From: Botryllus schlosseri
Lineage: Eukaryota
Direction of reading: 5' to 3'
NCBI GenBank assembly: GCA_051294905.1
Contig: CM119372.1
Span: 31,250,001-31,314,000 of the forward strand
DNA length: 64,000 bases
Under the pieces are notes generated by a model that saw nothing but the letters and a program-made list of their open reading frames with translations, was not told the DNA's origin and did no database searches. Below are positions 1-9,117 of this stretch, in pieces (positions within the stretch are counted from its first letter, which is position 1; each line of letters opens with the position of its first letter). Made by a program: the position numbers and the translations under genes.

Positions 1-2
1 GG

Positions 3-86
3 AAAGGAAAGAAAACGCAATATCTTGTAAAATGGTTTGGTTATCCGTCTAAATTTAATTCTTGGGTCTCGGATTTGTATAAATAG
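3..86 (+). CDS. C-terminal chromodomain of Polinton retroviral-like integrase (partial)
   Basis: Frame 3 reads KGKKTQYLVKWFGYPSKFNSWVSDLYK*, matching the chromodomain motif YLVKW-G----NSW found at the end of Polinton integrases. Confidence 0.85.
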   Translation, partial: KGKKTQYLVKWFGYPSKFNSWVSDLYK

Positions 87-95
87 ACACCGAAA

Positions 96-1172
96 ATGTT
101 GTTCAACCTAATTATGGATTCTGATTCCGTCTCATCTCGCATGTGTCAAGTCTCGAACAGTCTGAAAAACCAGATTGTGTTTATTGTACAGATTTGTATG
201 TTAGTGTGTGTAATCGTGTTTTCATTATATCAAATTTCTGTCGGGGTGGATCGTGAGATATATTTAACGCTACTGTCTTCTTCACTTGGGTATCTATTAC
301 CGAATCCATCACCAATCGTATATGTTGAAAGAAACAATAAAATGTTGTTGACTCTACCTTCGAATGCGAGTTTGGATAAATTTCCGAATACTAGCACAGA
401 TTTTCAAACGGAACTTTACAAAGAATTAGAAATGAATCGCCATGAGCTAGGATTATGTGAGCTAACCTTCCCCAATGATTTTCAACCGCGAATTGAAGTG
501 ACAGCGAAAAGTATCGGTTTTGAATTTGTCGATGCGAATGGATACACCGATCGGTATTATATTCCCGAAGGCTCGTATTACAGCATCGGTGAAATGTTAG
601 AATCGTACGAGAAATATTACATGGGGGACATTTTCATTTTACAAGGATTCGGAGACTTTAGAATCACATTCAGAAGATTAGTCACGAGTAAAAAAAGATA
701 CAAGCGGGGTGTACCCATAAATACCGATACCGCAGACTCTAGCGTCAAACACATACCCCGTACCACGCATGATTCACCCGAACCTTACGGATTGATACCA
801 CTTGGTTCTGTGTTGGATACAATAACATTTAGACGCGTTGTATCTCGTCGTCGCGGAGTGGTAGAATTTATCTTTACACCCGCGATAAAGTTGGAACGGA
901 TTGATAAGGTTTATGTGTATTGTGATCTGATACAACCAAGACCACACGGTAACAAGCTGCAACAACTTTTACGGGTGGTTACTGTAACCGCTAAACCGAA
1001 TGAAAACCAAATCAACATATTCTCAAAACCATACTTCTTTGCTTTAGCGAGAAACAATTTTAGAACAATACGAATTTATCTACGTGATGCGGCAGGCAAC
1101 CCTATTAAATTTCGAAAAGCACCAGTGACAGTAACCCTACGCTTCCGTCGTAGAGCTGTTGATTCAATATGA
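96..1172 (+). CDS. Small double-hydrophobic-segment membrane protein (aa 1-82) fused in frame to minor capsid protein/penton 1 (from internal ATG at 342)
   Basis: The N-part has hydrophobic IVFIVQICMLVCVIVFSLYQI...IYLTLLSSSLGYLLPNP, as in a small Polinton membrane ORF. From M83 it has penton signatures LTLPSN, ELGLCELTFP, VYVYCDLIQP, LLRVV, KPYFF, IYLRDAAG and VTLRFRR. Confidence 0.85.
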   Translation: MLFNLIMDSDSVSSRMCQVSNSLKNQIVFIVQICMLVCVIVFSLYQISVGVDREIYLTLLSSSLGYLLPNPSPIVYVERNNKMLLTLPSNASLDKFPNTSTDFQTELYKELEMNRHELGLCELTFPNDFQPRIEVTAKSIGFEFVDANGYTDRYYIPEGSYYSIGEMLESYEKYYMGDIFILQGFGDFRITFRRLVTSKKRYKRGVPINTDTADSSVKHIPRTTHDSPEPYGLIPLGSVLDTITFRRVVSRRRGVVEFIFTPAIKLERIDKVYVYCDLIQPRPHGNKLQQLLRVVTVTAKPNENQINIFSKPYFFALARNNFRTIRIYLRDAAGNPIKFRKAPVTVTLRFRRRAVDSI

Positions 1173-1840
1173 GTTACATCACGTTGTCTGGCACCAAAGG
1201 CGAATTCTCGGTGGTGTTACCGAATGAAATTATTTGTAATGAGCTTGCGTTGGTGGATATGAGTTTTGTCAGTGAATCTCTTGATCGAATTATAATCAAT
1301 CGTGATCAAGCACTCTGGGAGCTACATAATGAGAAAGATCGAATAGTAGAAGCGTACCTAACACCACTTGGGAATTATGCAAACAACCTCGAGTTGACGC
1401 GAAGAATATTATCTGAAAGTTTCAAACACTGTTTCACCGAAAGAATCAACGATGAACTTTTCCGAATTCGTTACTCGAAACGTATCACACTCCACCCCAC
1501 GGATATATTCACGAATTATTTCAGTGTAGTTGATCAAGTGTCGACACCAGTATGTAATGTCACGTCGATCAAACCTAAACCAACTCAACCCCACCACAGA
1601 TATCTTTTTGTGTATATGAATGTACTACGACATCATCCGGTGGGTGATTACATGAGTCAATTGCTTTGTGTGATCCAAGTAAATAAAGAGACGTGTATGA
1701 GACAAGAAGTTGTATATGAAAAACCGTTTTATTTCCCAGTGTCGATTAACCACGTCCGCGATATAAAAATCACCATCCGGGACCAATACGGTCAGTTAGT
1801 ACATGATATAGAGACCACATTGACACTCCACGCACGATGA
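1169..1840 (+). CDS. Minor capsid protein/penton paralog 2
   Basis: ELALVDMSF ... YLFVYMNVL..HPVGD...LLCVI...KPFYFPV...ITIRDQYG...TLTLH aligns by eye with the penton 1 core. Confidence 0.82.
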   Translation: MSYITLSGTKGEFSVVLPNEIICNELALVDMSFVSESLDRIIINRDQALWELHNEKDRIVEAYLTPLGNYANNLELTRRILSESFKHCFTERINDELFRIRYSKRITLHPTDIFTNYFSVVDQVSTPVCNVTSIKPKPTQPHHRYLFVYMNVLRHHPVGDYMSQLLCVIQVNKETCMRQEVVYEKPFYFPVSINHVRDIKITIRDQYGQLVHDIETTLTLHAR

Positions 1841-2232
1841 AAATAGTGACGTTAACCACTTCTATGCTTGGTGTTGATTTTGAACACAGACTACTCACCA
1901 TCAACAACATCCCGACGAGGTATTGTGAATTAGCCCTCATGGAGATCGATTTCTCTTTAACCGAACCGGTGATTGGTCAATATTTGTTTGTGTATTGTGA
2001 TATTATTCACCCTCACTTACTTGGAGATACGTTAGCGCGTTTATTACGAGTTATACCGCTGACACCCGGTGATGTCACGCATAATTGGGTAGCGACAAAT
2101 CCGTATTATTTCCCTGTTTCAAAAGATGTTGTAGATTCTGTATGTCTTTACCTCGGGGATGAGTTTGGGGAACCTATAAATATAATAAGTCGTTCATTGC
2201 AAGCTACATTTAACATTAGGAAGCGATTATGA
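1837..2232 (+). CDS. Minor capsid protein/penton paralog 3 (minimal, almost no central insertion)
   Basis: ELALMEIDF, ~8 aa, YLFVYCDII.PHLLGD...LLRVI...NPYYFPV...LYLGDEFG...ATFNIR: the same core motifs as pentons 1 and 2. Confidence 0.82.
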   Translation: MKIVTLTTSMLGVDFEHRLLTINNIPTRYCELALMEIDFSLTEPVIGQYLFVYCDIIHPHLLGDTLARLLRVIPLTPGDVTHNWVATNPYYFPVSKDVVDSVCLYLGDEFGEPINIISRSLQATFNIRKRL

Positions 2233-2600
2233 AAGTTGTTTTCACGTGTGATCATCATTCTGTCCATCGTCATTATAACCAGACAGGTGATGGTTATGGA
2301 TATTTTAGTGGTGGAGTTCAAGCCGGTTCCGGTATCGGGAGTTTGTTTAAATCACTCGGTCGTTTAGTGACACCTATTGCGAAATACGCTGGCGGTCAAT
2401 TGCTACGGACTGGAGGTGAAATAGCGAGAGATCTATTACGGGGTAACTCGATCAAGTCTAGTGTTGTCAAGAGAAGTAAACAAGCTGGCGGTCGAGTGAT
2501 TGATAAAATTTTAACCCCAAAAGCTATAAAAAGGAAAAAAACAAAGTCAAAGAACACTTCATCCAAACGTCGTCGTAAACAACAGGATATATTCGACTAA
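2229..2600 (+). CDS. Polinton virion core / membrane-active protein (adenovirus pVI/pVII-like)
   Basis: QTG-DG and QAG-SG glycine motifs, an amphipathic helix GIGSLFKSLGRLVTPIAK and a basic tail KRKKTKSKNTSSKRRRK ending DIFD. It lies directly before the major capsid gene. Confidence 0.8.
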   Translation: MKVVFTCDHHSVHRHYNQTGDGYGYFSGGVQAGSGIGSLFKSLGRLVTPIAKYAGGQLLRTGGEIARDLLRGNSIKSSVVKRSKQAGGRVIDKILTPKAIKRKKTKSKNTSSKRRRKQQDIFD

Positions 2601-2605
2601 GAACT

Positions 2606-3877
2606 ATGTTGATGCACGCGGGTTCCAGAGAATGCCATAACTCGGGATTAAACATATTTAGTATACCCCACACACAAACCAGTATTGAGGAATCGCAATA
2701 TGTCGTCGTCAAACCCCATAGTTTAGGTAATGTCATGGAAGTACAATTACCAAGGACGGATCGATATATGGATCTACAAAACACGTTCTTGAGATTACGT
2801 TTGAAGCTCACTAAACGCGATGGAACTGATTTAGCAAACGATACACAAGTGGGCCTGGTCAATAACATGTTGGATTCTCTTTTCAAACAAATCGATGTAA
2901 CTATTTCAAATGAGGTTATCACAAATTCGGATAATTGTCATGCGTACAAAGCTTATATCTCCCGGTTGTTGAATGATACACATGGTGCCTCGGAGAGTTT
3001 TGTGCAAGGACAAGGTTTTTATAAAGATGTCGCTGGATCTATGGATGTTCTTGGTGCAGCAAATACTGGATATGTTAAACGAAAAGACCTTACAAAAAAC
3101 AGCACTCCGTTAGAGTTGATCGGAAAAATTCGAATGGGTCTTTTTGAACAGTCTAGATGTATGTTGGATAATGTCGACATGAAATTAAAATTTACACGTA
3201 ACGAAGATAATTTCTGTCTGCTTGGTGACGCGGAAGATGTACAAATTGTTTTACTCGAAATGGAGGTGTATGTCAAACAGATGAAGATCGCTGAAAGTGT
3301 AAGCTTAGCACACAAGTCTGTATTACAGAAGAATACTGCCAAGTACCCCTGGATACGCTTACAAATGTCGACTCATACATTCGCCGCGGGTTTGTCGAAA
3401 ATTGATAGAGAGTTAGTTAGCGGCACCATGCCAAAGAAGATCGTAATTGGTTTAGTTGAGACCACGACATTTAACGGTGTTCGAGCCAAAAATCCATTCA
3501 ACTTTAAACACTTTGATGTTCAAAATCTTTCGTTAAGTGTGGACGGGCGACAAATTAACGGACGCGAATTTCATTTCGATTTTGATAAACACGGCGGACT
3601 CGAAGGTTATATGACACTATTCTCTCAGACAGGTCGCTGGGAATCCGAGGCACCTTTAAATATTTCACGCAAAGATTATGTCAATGGGTACACTCTTTTT
3701 GTGTTTGATTTGACACCTGATAATAGTTTGGGATGTTATCAACTTCATAAGACAGGAACTGTGCATCTGGTTTTGACTACATCGAAGCCTTTACCAACCT
3801 CCGTAACCTTGTTATGTTTGAAGGAGTTTCAACATCTTCTACAACTGAATCAAAAAAGACAAGTCGTCGAAATATGA
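2606..3877 (+). CDS. Major capsid protein (double jelly-roll, hexon/PY)
   Basis: 423 aa with Polinton MCP-type motifs: IFSIPHTQTSIE, YMDLQNTFL, VNNMLDSLFKQIDV, YKAYI, PKKIVIGLV, NPFNFKHFD, GYTLFVFDLTPD. Confidence 0.92.
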   Translation: MLMHAGSRECHNSGLNIFSIPHTQTSIEESQYVVVKPHSLGNVMEVQLPRTDRYMDLQNTFLRLRLKLTKRDGTDLANDTQVGLVNNMLDSLFKQIDVTISNEVITNSDNCHAYKAYISRLLNDTHGASESFVQGQGFYKDVAGSMDVLGAANTGYVKRKDLTKNSTPLELIGKIRMGLFEQSRCMLDNVDMKLKFTRNEDNFCLLGDAEDVQIVLLEMEVYVKQMKIAESVSLAHKSVLQKNTAKYPWIRLQMSTHTFAAGLSKIDRELVSGTMPKKIVIGLVETTTFNGVRAKNPFNFKHFDVQNLSLSVDGRQINGREFHFDFDKHGGLEGYMTLFSQTGRWESEAPLNISRKDYVNGYTLFVFDLTPDNSLGCYQLHKTGTVHLVLTTSKPLPTSVTLLCLKEFQHLLQLNQKRQVVEI

Positions 3878-4317
3878 ATACGTCTGAGATCGATGATATT
3901 CTCTATAACCACCCTGACACACAAAGTCTATATCTAGGAACTTATCCAGTAGATCAGTTACCGAAGAAACCAACTAGCGGAAAATTCGCTATCACCATTA
4001 ATTACGATGAGTCGAGTTTGCCTGGGTCTCACTGGGTGTCTATATACAGAGATGACGATACTCATTTTCATGATTCGCTAGGCTTCGGACCACTAAAACC
4101 TCAGATAATCGAATTCCTGGAGCCGGATGAATTTTCAGTGACTGGGAAACAGTTACAGAGTAAAACTTCAGATGTGTGTGGAGATCATGCTATCGCATTC
4201 TTGATAAAAAGAGCTCAAGGGTTTTCAACCGAGGAATACTTGGATAATTTTGGCGATGATAAAAAAGTGAATGATACGATTGTACGTGCTTCTGTGAAGA
4301 GTTTGATTTCAGAGTAA
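3874..4317 (+). CDS. Adenain-like cysteine protease (virion maturation)
   Basis: Probable start MNTSEI at ATG 3874, overlapping the MCP stop. Catalytic motifs are GSHW (His), HDSLG (Asp), KQLQ (oxyanion Gln) and VCG (Cys). Confidence 0.9.
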   Translation: MNTSEIDDILYNHPDTQSLYLGTYPVDQLPKKPTSGKFAITINYDESSLPGSHWVSIYRDDDTHFHDSLGFGPLKPQIIEFLEPDEFSVTGKQLQSKTSDVCGDHAIAFLIKRAQGFSTEEYLDNFGDDKKVNDTIVRASVKSLISE

Positions 4318-4321
4318 TAAA
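4316..4321 (+). promoter_or_regulatory. Putative polyadenylation signal for the viral structural gene block
   Basis: AATAAA overlaps the protease stop codon and is followed by GT/T-rich sequence. Confidence 0.55.
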
Positions 4322-4709
4322 CGAATGTGTAAATGTGTATACTTGTGATTCTTGTTGTGGTTGTGAACAGCAGACTATTCTGTAGGCGCGAAACAGCGAA
4401 GGTGTGAATAATCCGATCTGAAAGTATTATTCAGCTAGCAATCAATAGCGAGGAAAGAGAACACGATCGGTCATTTGACACGACTAAACTACGACATCAT
4501 ATATCATAATTTACGATCAAACTATTTCACACTGACTGGTCTAGTGTAATAATCGATAGTAGCACACAGCTGGACGGGAAATAATTCAGCGCGCAGGTCA
4601 TTCGGAATATAGGTCGCACGCACTACTTAATCCTCTTGCAAGCCACGTTTCCGTTTGTGCGGTTATTGTTGGTGACTATTCAACACCACGCGAGAGATGG
4701 TTGAAAGTG

Positions 4710-4970
4710 CGAATCACGATCGCACCCATAAGAACACATAGCGAGTCACCACAGATCCCGTAAGAATACATGGCGCATCACCGCCGCAGCCTATAGCAAA
4801 AAAGACGAGTCACGACCACGAGTTTTCACGGCGAATCACCGCCGCATCCATAAGCCACAATGGCGCATCACGACCGCATCCATAAGAACACATGGCGCAT
4901 CACCGCCGAGAGGGGGGTCTAAAAAGGCGCATCACCACCCCCGGTTTTCAGGCGCGTCACCACCCCGCCT
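4710..4970. repeat. Degenerate ~25-35 bp tandem repeats in the Polinton terminal region
   Basis: Recurring core (G)GCG(C/A)(A/G)TCAC(C/G), often preceded by CATAAGAACACAT; roughly 8-10 units. Confidence 0.85.
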
Positions 4971-5021
4971 ATACTACCCCATGCAAAAAACGTTAGTTCG
5001 CGACCGATCGTATATACTACT

Positions 5022-7769
5022 TGCGTCATGCACAGCTAAAATTCATAAATTACTTGTGGGCGTTCTATTAGACTCGGGCTCTTTCGAAAATTATATGGAC
5101 GAGTTGGTAGCCATTAAACTAGGATTTCTGCCACGAGGTCAGTCCACTACTATATCACTCGCGTCCAAGACAGCGACAGCCGAAGTTTCCGGCACCTTTA
5201 CTGTTGCTTTCGAAATGCTATCTCGAAACTATGTGGGTGTCACATTCGGGGTGGTTAAGGATTTGTGCGCTGATGTAATTCTTGGTCATGATTTCATGAA
5301 GAAGCACAAGAAAGTCATCTTCGAGTTTGACGGAAACGAAGAACCGCTGACAATACAAAGTCGATCGTGCGCTTTGTCCCCTGCTAAGGCAGAGCCTCTT
5401 CAGTTATTTCGGTTCCTAGATTCCAATTGCAAGCCTATCGCCACCCCATCAAGAAATTATAGTCGCGAAGATCAATCGTTCATCAAGGACGAAGTTAATC
5501 GCTTACTCGAAGGAGGAATAATTGAGCCTTCTCGTTCTCCTTGGCGTGCTCAAGTATTGGTTACGAAGGTTTCCAGGCACAAGAAAAGACTTGTAATTGA
5601 TTATTCGCAAACCGTAAACAGGTATACTCCGCTTGACGCGTATCCCTTGCCAAAAATTGAAACTATCGTAAATGAAGTGTCGAAAGGTAAAGTATATTCG
5701 ACTAGTGATTTGAAGTCTGCTTATCACCAAGTCCCGCTATCTTCATCTGACAAGCCGTTTACCGCTTTTGAAGCTTGCGGCTCCCTTTATCAGTTTTGCA
5801 GATTGCCTTTCGGTATCACCAATGGAGTGGCTGCTTTCCAACGTTTTATCGATTCGTTCATCGACGACTACAGTTTGAAGGGGACTCTGGCTTACTTGGA
5901 CAACATCACTATATTCGGCAAAGATGCCGCGGAACACGACGCGAGACTTCAAGCTGTCCTCAAAGCCGCATCTGATTGTCGACTAACGTTGAACGAGAAC
6001 AAATCCGTCTATAACGTGAGTGAATTGCGTCTATTGGGTCATCTGGTGTCGCACGGATCCATTAAACCCGACACAGATCATCTGAAACCGTTGATTGAGT
6101 TGCCACCCCCTAAATCGGATAAAGAGATGAAAAGGATCTTGGGTATGTTCGCATATTATTCAAAGTGGATTCCAAGCTTTTCTGATAAAATCAAACCAAT
6201 GCTTAGCAATTCAGTTTTTCCACTTAGTGGGCCTGCCCTGACCTCATTCAATGTTCTGAAGGAAGACTTGATAAACGCATCCCTTTGTTATATTGACGAA
6301 TCTGAACCGTTTGAAATTGAATGTGATGCGTCCAACAACGCTATTGCTGCTATTCTCAGTCAGCGAGGTAGACCTGTGGCATTTGCCTCGCGAACATTTG
6401 CTAAAAGTGAACTAAATTATCCTGCTGTCGAAAAAGAAGCAGCCGCAATCATGCATGCTATAAGAAAGTGGGGGTACCTTTTACATGGTCGTAAATTCCG
6501 ATTGATAACTGACCAAAAGGCCCTGTCGTTCATTTTTCAGAAAAAGCATCGCAGTAAAATAAAAAACACTAAATTGACACTGTGGAAGCTGGAACTTAGT
6601 GTTTTCGACTACGAGATTGTTCACAGACCAGGAGTAGAAAATATTGCGCCTGACACCATCTCTCGGATTTGCAGTCTAACGGCTTTGTCCACTGATTTAC
6701 GCGAACTTCACAACATTTTAGGACATCCGGGCATCCGTAGGTTGAGTCATTTTGTTAAATCTAAAAACCTACCCTATTAAAAGGAAGACGTCAAAAAGGT
6801 TTGTGGTAGCTGTAGACAATGCTCCGAATTGAAGCCTAGATTTCTCAACAACAACGAGCATCATAAACTTGTCAGAGCCACTCGCCCATGAGAACGCATC
6901 AGCATGGACTTCAAAGGCCCCGTGGCTGGGAGAAACAGGTTTTTATTGATTGTTGTGGATGAATACAGTCGGTTTCCTTTCGTGTTTCCATGTCGTGATA
7001 TGTCTACTCCAACCGTGATGCGCAACTTGAAGACGCTGTTTTCTCGCTCGTAGGAGTTCCCGAATATATCCATAGCGATAGAGGAAGCTCTTTTATCTCC
7101 AGAGATTTGATTACGTTTTTAACCAAACGTGGTGGCGCTACTAGCAGGTCTACTCCGTATCATCCTACTGGTAATTCTCAGTGTGAACGCATCAACCAAA
7201 CGATTTGGAGAACAATCAAATTGATTCTTGCTACGGAGCGGCTGCAGGAATCTGCGTGGGAAATGGTGTTGAATGATGCGCTACATAGCGTGCGATCGCT
7301 GCTTTGTACAGCTACAAACGCAACACCACATGAACGATTTTTTGGTTTTCCTAGACGCTCGATGATTCGACCCTCGATTCCTGATTGGTTACTTTTCGCC
7401 TACTCTGTGCTGTTGCGACGTTTCCATCGATCTTCGAAGTCTGAACCGCTTTGCGACCCGGTCGAGCTGCTTGATGTGAATCCTAAGTACGCGTTAATAC
7501 GCCACGAAGATGGAAGAGAGTCCACCGTGTCCGTGAGAGACTTGGCTCCGAACCCTACCACCATCGATGTGGAGAGACCGGAAGCGAGAGCCGATACGTC
7601 AAGGACTGAAATGATTCCGACATCGAATGATCGTGCCGAGGCGTCGGATGATAAAGAGCCCGAGAATGAGACGTCGTTATTAAAGGACAATTCGTCGGAT
7701 ACGCCAATGACGCGCCGATCTAATAGGGTTAGAAAGTGTCCGGAATGGTACGGCGACCGCGTAAAGTGA
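5022..7769 (+). pseudogene. Gypsy pol, disrupted in the integrase
   Basis: In-frame TAA at 6778-6780 and TGA at 6889-6891 (conserved W position in P-W-ER), plus a frameshift near 7045-7050 before VGVPEYIHSDRG. Confidence 0.9.
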
Positions 7770-7823
7770 TTTTGATGTGATAATGTGCCAATTTTGTATT
7801 CAATTTTATTTGGTGGGGGAGAT

Positions 7824-8011
7824 TGTGGTGATTCGTGTAGTCTTTTGTATTCAAGCCATCGTGCATCATGTAATCATTGCTTTTCTAATCATTAGTTTCC
7901 AATTCCTCTGTTACTTAAATCGCTACTGTTACTGTTACTGTTGTATTTGACGCCGAGATTTAAGTTAGTAAAAGCCAACGAAACAAGAGTCTTCTGTTTA
8001 CTGGTACGACA
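7824..8011 (+). repeat. Gypsy 3' LTR (~190 bp; end could be 8019)
   Basis: Starts TGTGGT just after the PPT, carries an AGTAAA polyA-like signal and ends ACGACA, an imperfect inverted match to TGTGGT. Confidence 0.7.
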
Positions 8012-8538
8012 TAGCGACATAATTAGCAACAATCTCAAACTCTTCATGTTTCATTCCTGATATGCAGAATAACCTTTAATAAAAAAAAACTCGAACTCGT
8101 CCTAATCATGAGTACTGAAAACTTCGAGCACAGAAAAATTTTTCAAGCGACTGTTAAGAACCAAAGGTTTGAACAACAAACAGCGAATAGGCTACAGGAC
8201 AGTCAATGAAATGTAATCAAACGATAAGGCTACTCAGAGGTGAGTCAGGATAATGAAATGTAATTGGTAAGGCGTTAGCGATAAGGATGATACCGATAAG
8301 GTGCGTAAAATTAAAATAAATGCAAAAGGAAAGAACCTCATGATAACAAAGAATTACAATATTTTGGTTTGCATTTACATTTTACTTGCTCGGAAACTGT
8401 TAGATTGCATTTGATGAACATTATGGTGCGAAAAATTTCTGGCCCCATTAAATTTGGTAACATTGGGATAACATCTCTACAAATGCGTGATCAAGTTTGA
8501 TGAAGCCTTGGTTGGAAATATTAATATTTAGTTTAGCC

Positions 8539-8852
8539 CACTGGTTCTCTAACATCTTTAGACACGCCCCCCCTTCCTTTATGACAGTGAATCTTTCGTG
8601 CCCCCCTTATCGTCATAGCACACAATGAAACAAGAAAGTTAGCAACATATAGTTTGCCGTGGTATGGAAGGTTATGACTGTTGATGAGAGAATTCTCCAA
8701 TACGAAATTCGGACTATACACCGAGCAACAACCATAAAACGGAGGTGAATCGGGCAAAGCGCGGAAAAGATTTCAGTTCATTGGAGCGTCGCGTCCCGTT
8801 CAGATGCTTTCACGCCGCCCAAGGGCGCACGCCCCCAGTTTAAGAACCACTG
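8539..8852. mobile_element. hAT-type MITE
   Basis: TIRs CA(C)TGGTTCT / AGAACCACTG with a perfect 8-bp TSD GTTTAGCC. Confidence 0.85.
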
Positions 8853-9117
8853 GTTTAGCCTACATTGTAATTCACAAAGTTTTCTGTTGCTACTGAAGTA
8901 TGGGAAACAGTTTAGCGTGACTGAATTATCTTGTTATAACGCCGCACGCATAGAACACCGATGTAAATAAGCTAATTATTACATGTGGTGACTGTTTACT
9001 AAGGCCTTAAGGCCCATCATCGTTATCCTGGGTCGTACTGGATTTTCACTGGTGCGACGAATAATGATTGATTAAATGATGATTTTATGTTGTGATTGTC
9101 AGGTTTCCATGAAAATG

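Larger units (their letters stand above)
1..5021 (+). mobile_element. Polinton/Maverick (adintovirus-like) endogenous dsDNA virus, right-hand part, truncated by the window start
   Basis: Gene order is integrase-chromo tail, pentons, core protein, major capsid protein, adenain protease. About 700 bp of non-coding terminal sequence with tandem repeats follows and ends TATATACTACT (5011-5021). Its reverse complement starts AGTAGT, a typical Polinton terminus. Confidence 0.93.
5022..8011 (+). mobile_element. Gypsy/Ty3 LTR retrotransposon, 3' part (PR-RT-RNaseH-IN, PPT, 3' LTR), interrupted by the Polinton
   Basis: Domain order is PR (LLDSGS, ILGHDF), RT (SPW, DLKSAYHQ, LPFGI, YLDN), RNase H (CDAS, EKEAAA, TDQKAL, RPGVEN) and IN (H-H-C-C, MDFKGP, HSDRG, SQCER). 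PPT GGTGGGGGAGA lies at 7812-7822. Confidence 0.95.

Noticed and set aside
3814..3873. N-terminal extension of the protease ORF in the ORF track
   Set aside because: It overlaps the MCP C-terminus. The ATG at 3874 (MNTSEI) fits the ATGA coupling pattern and the expected protease start.
4710..4970. Repeat/spacer-like pattern resembling a CRISPR array
   Set aside because: Units are degenerate and irregular, the intervening sequences are related to each other, no cas genes are present, and the context is a eukaryotic viral terminus.
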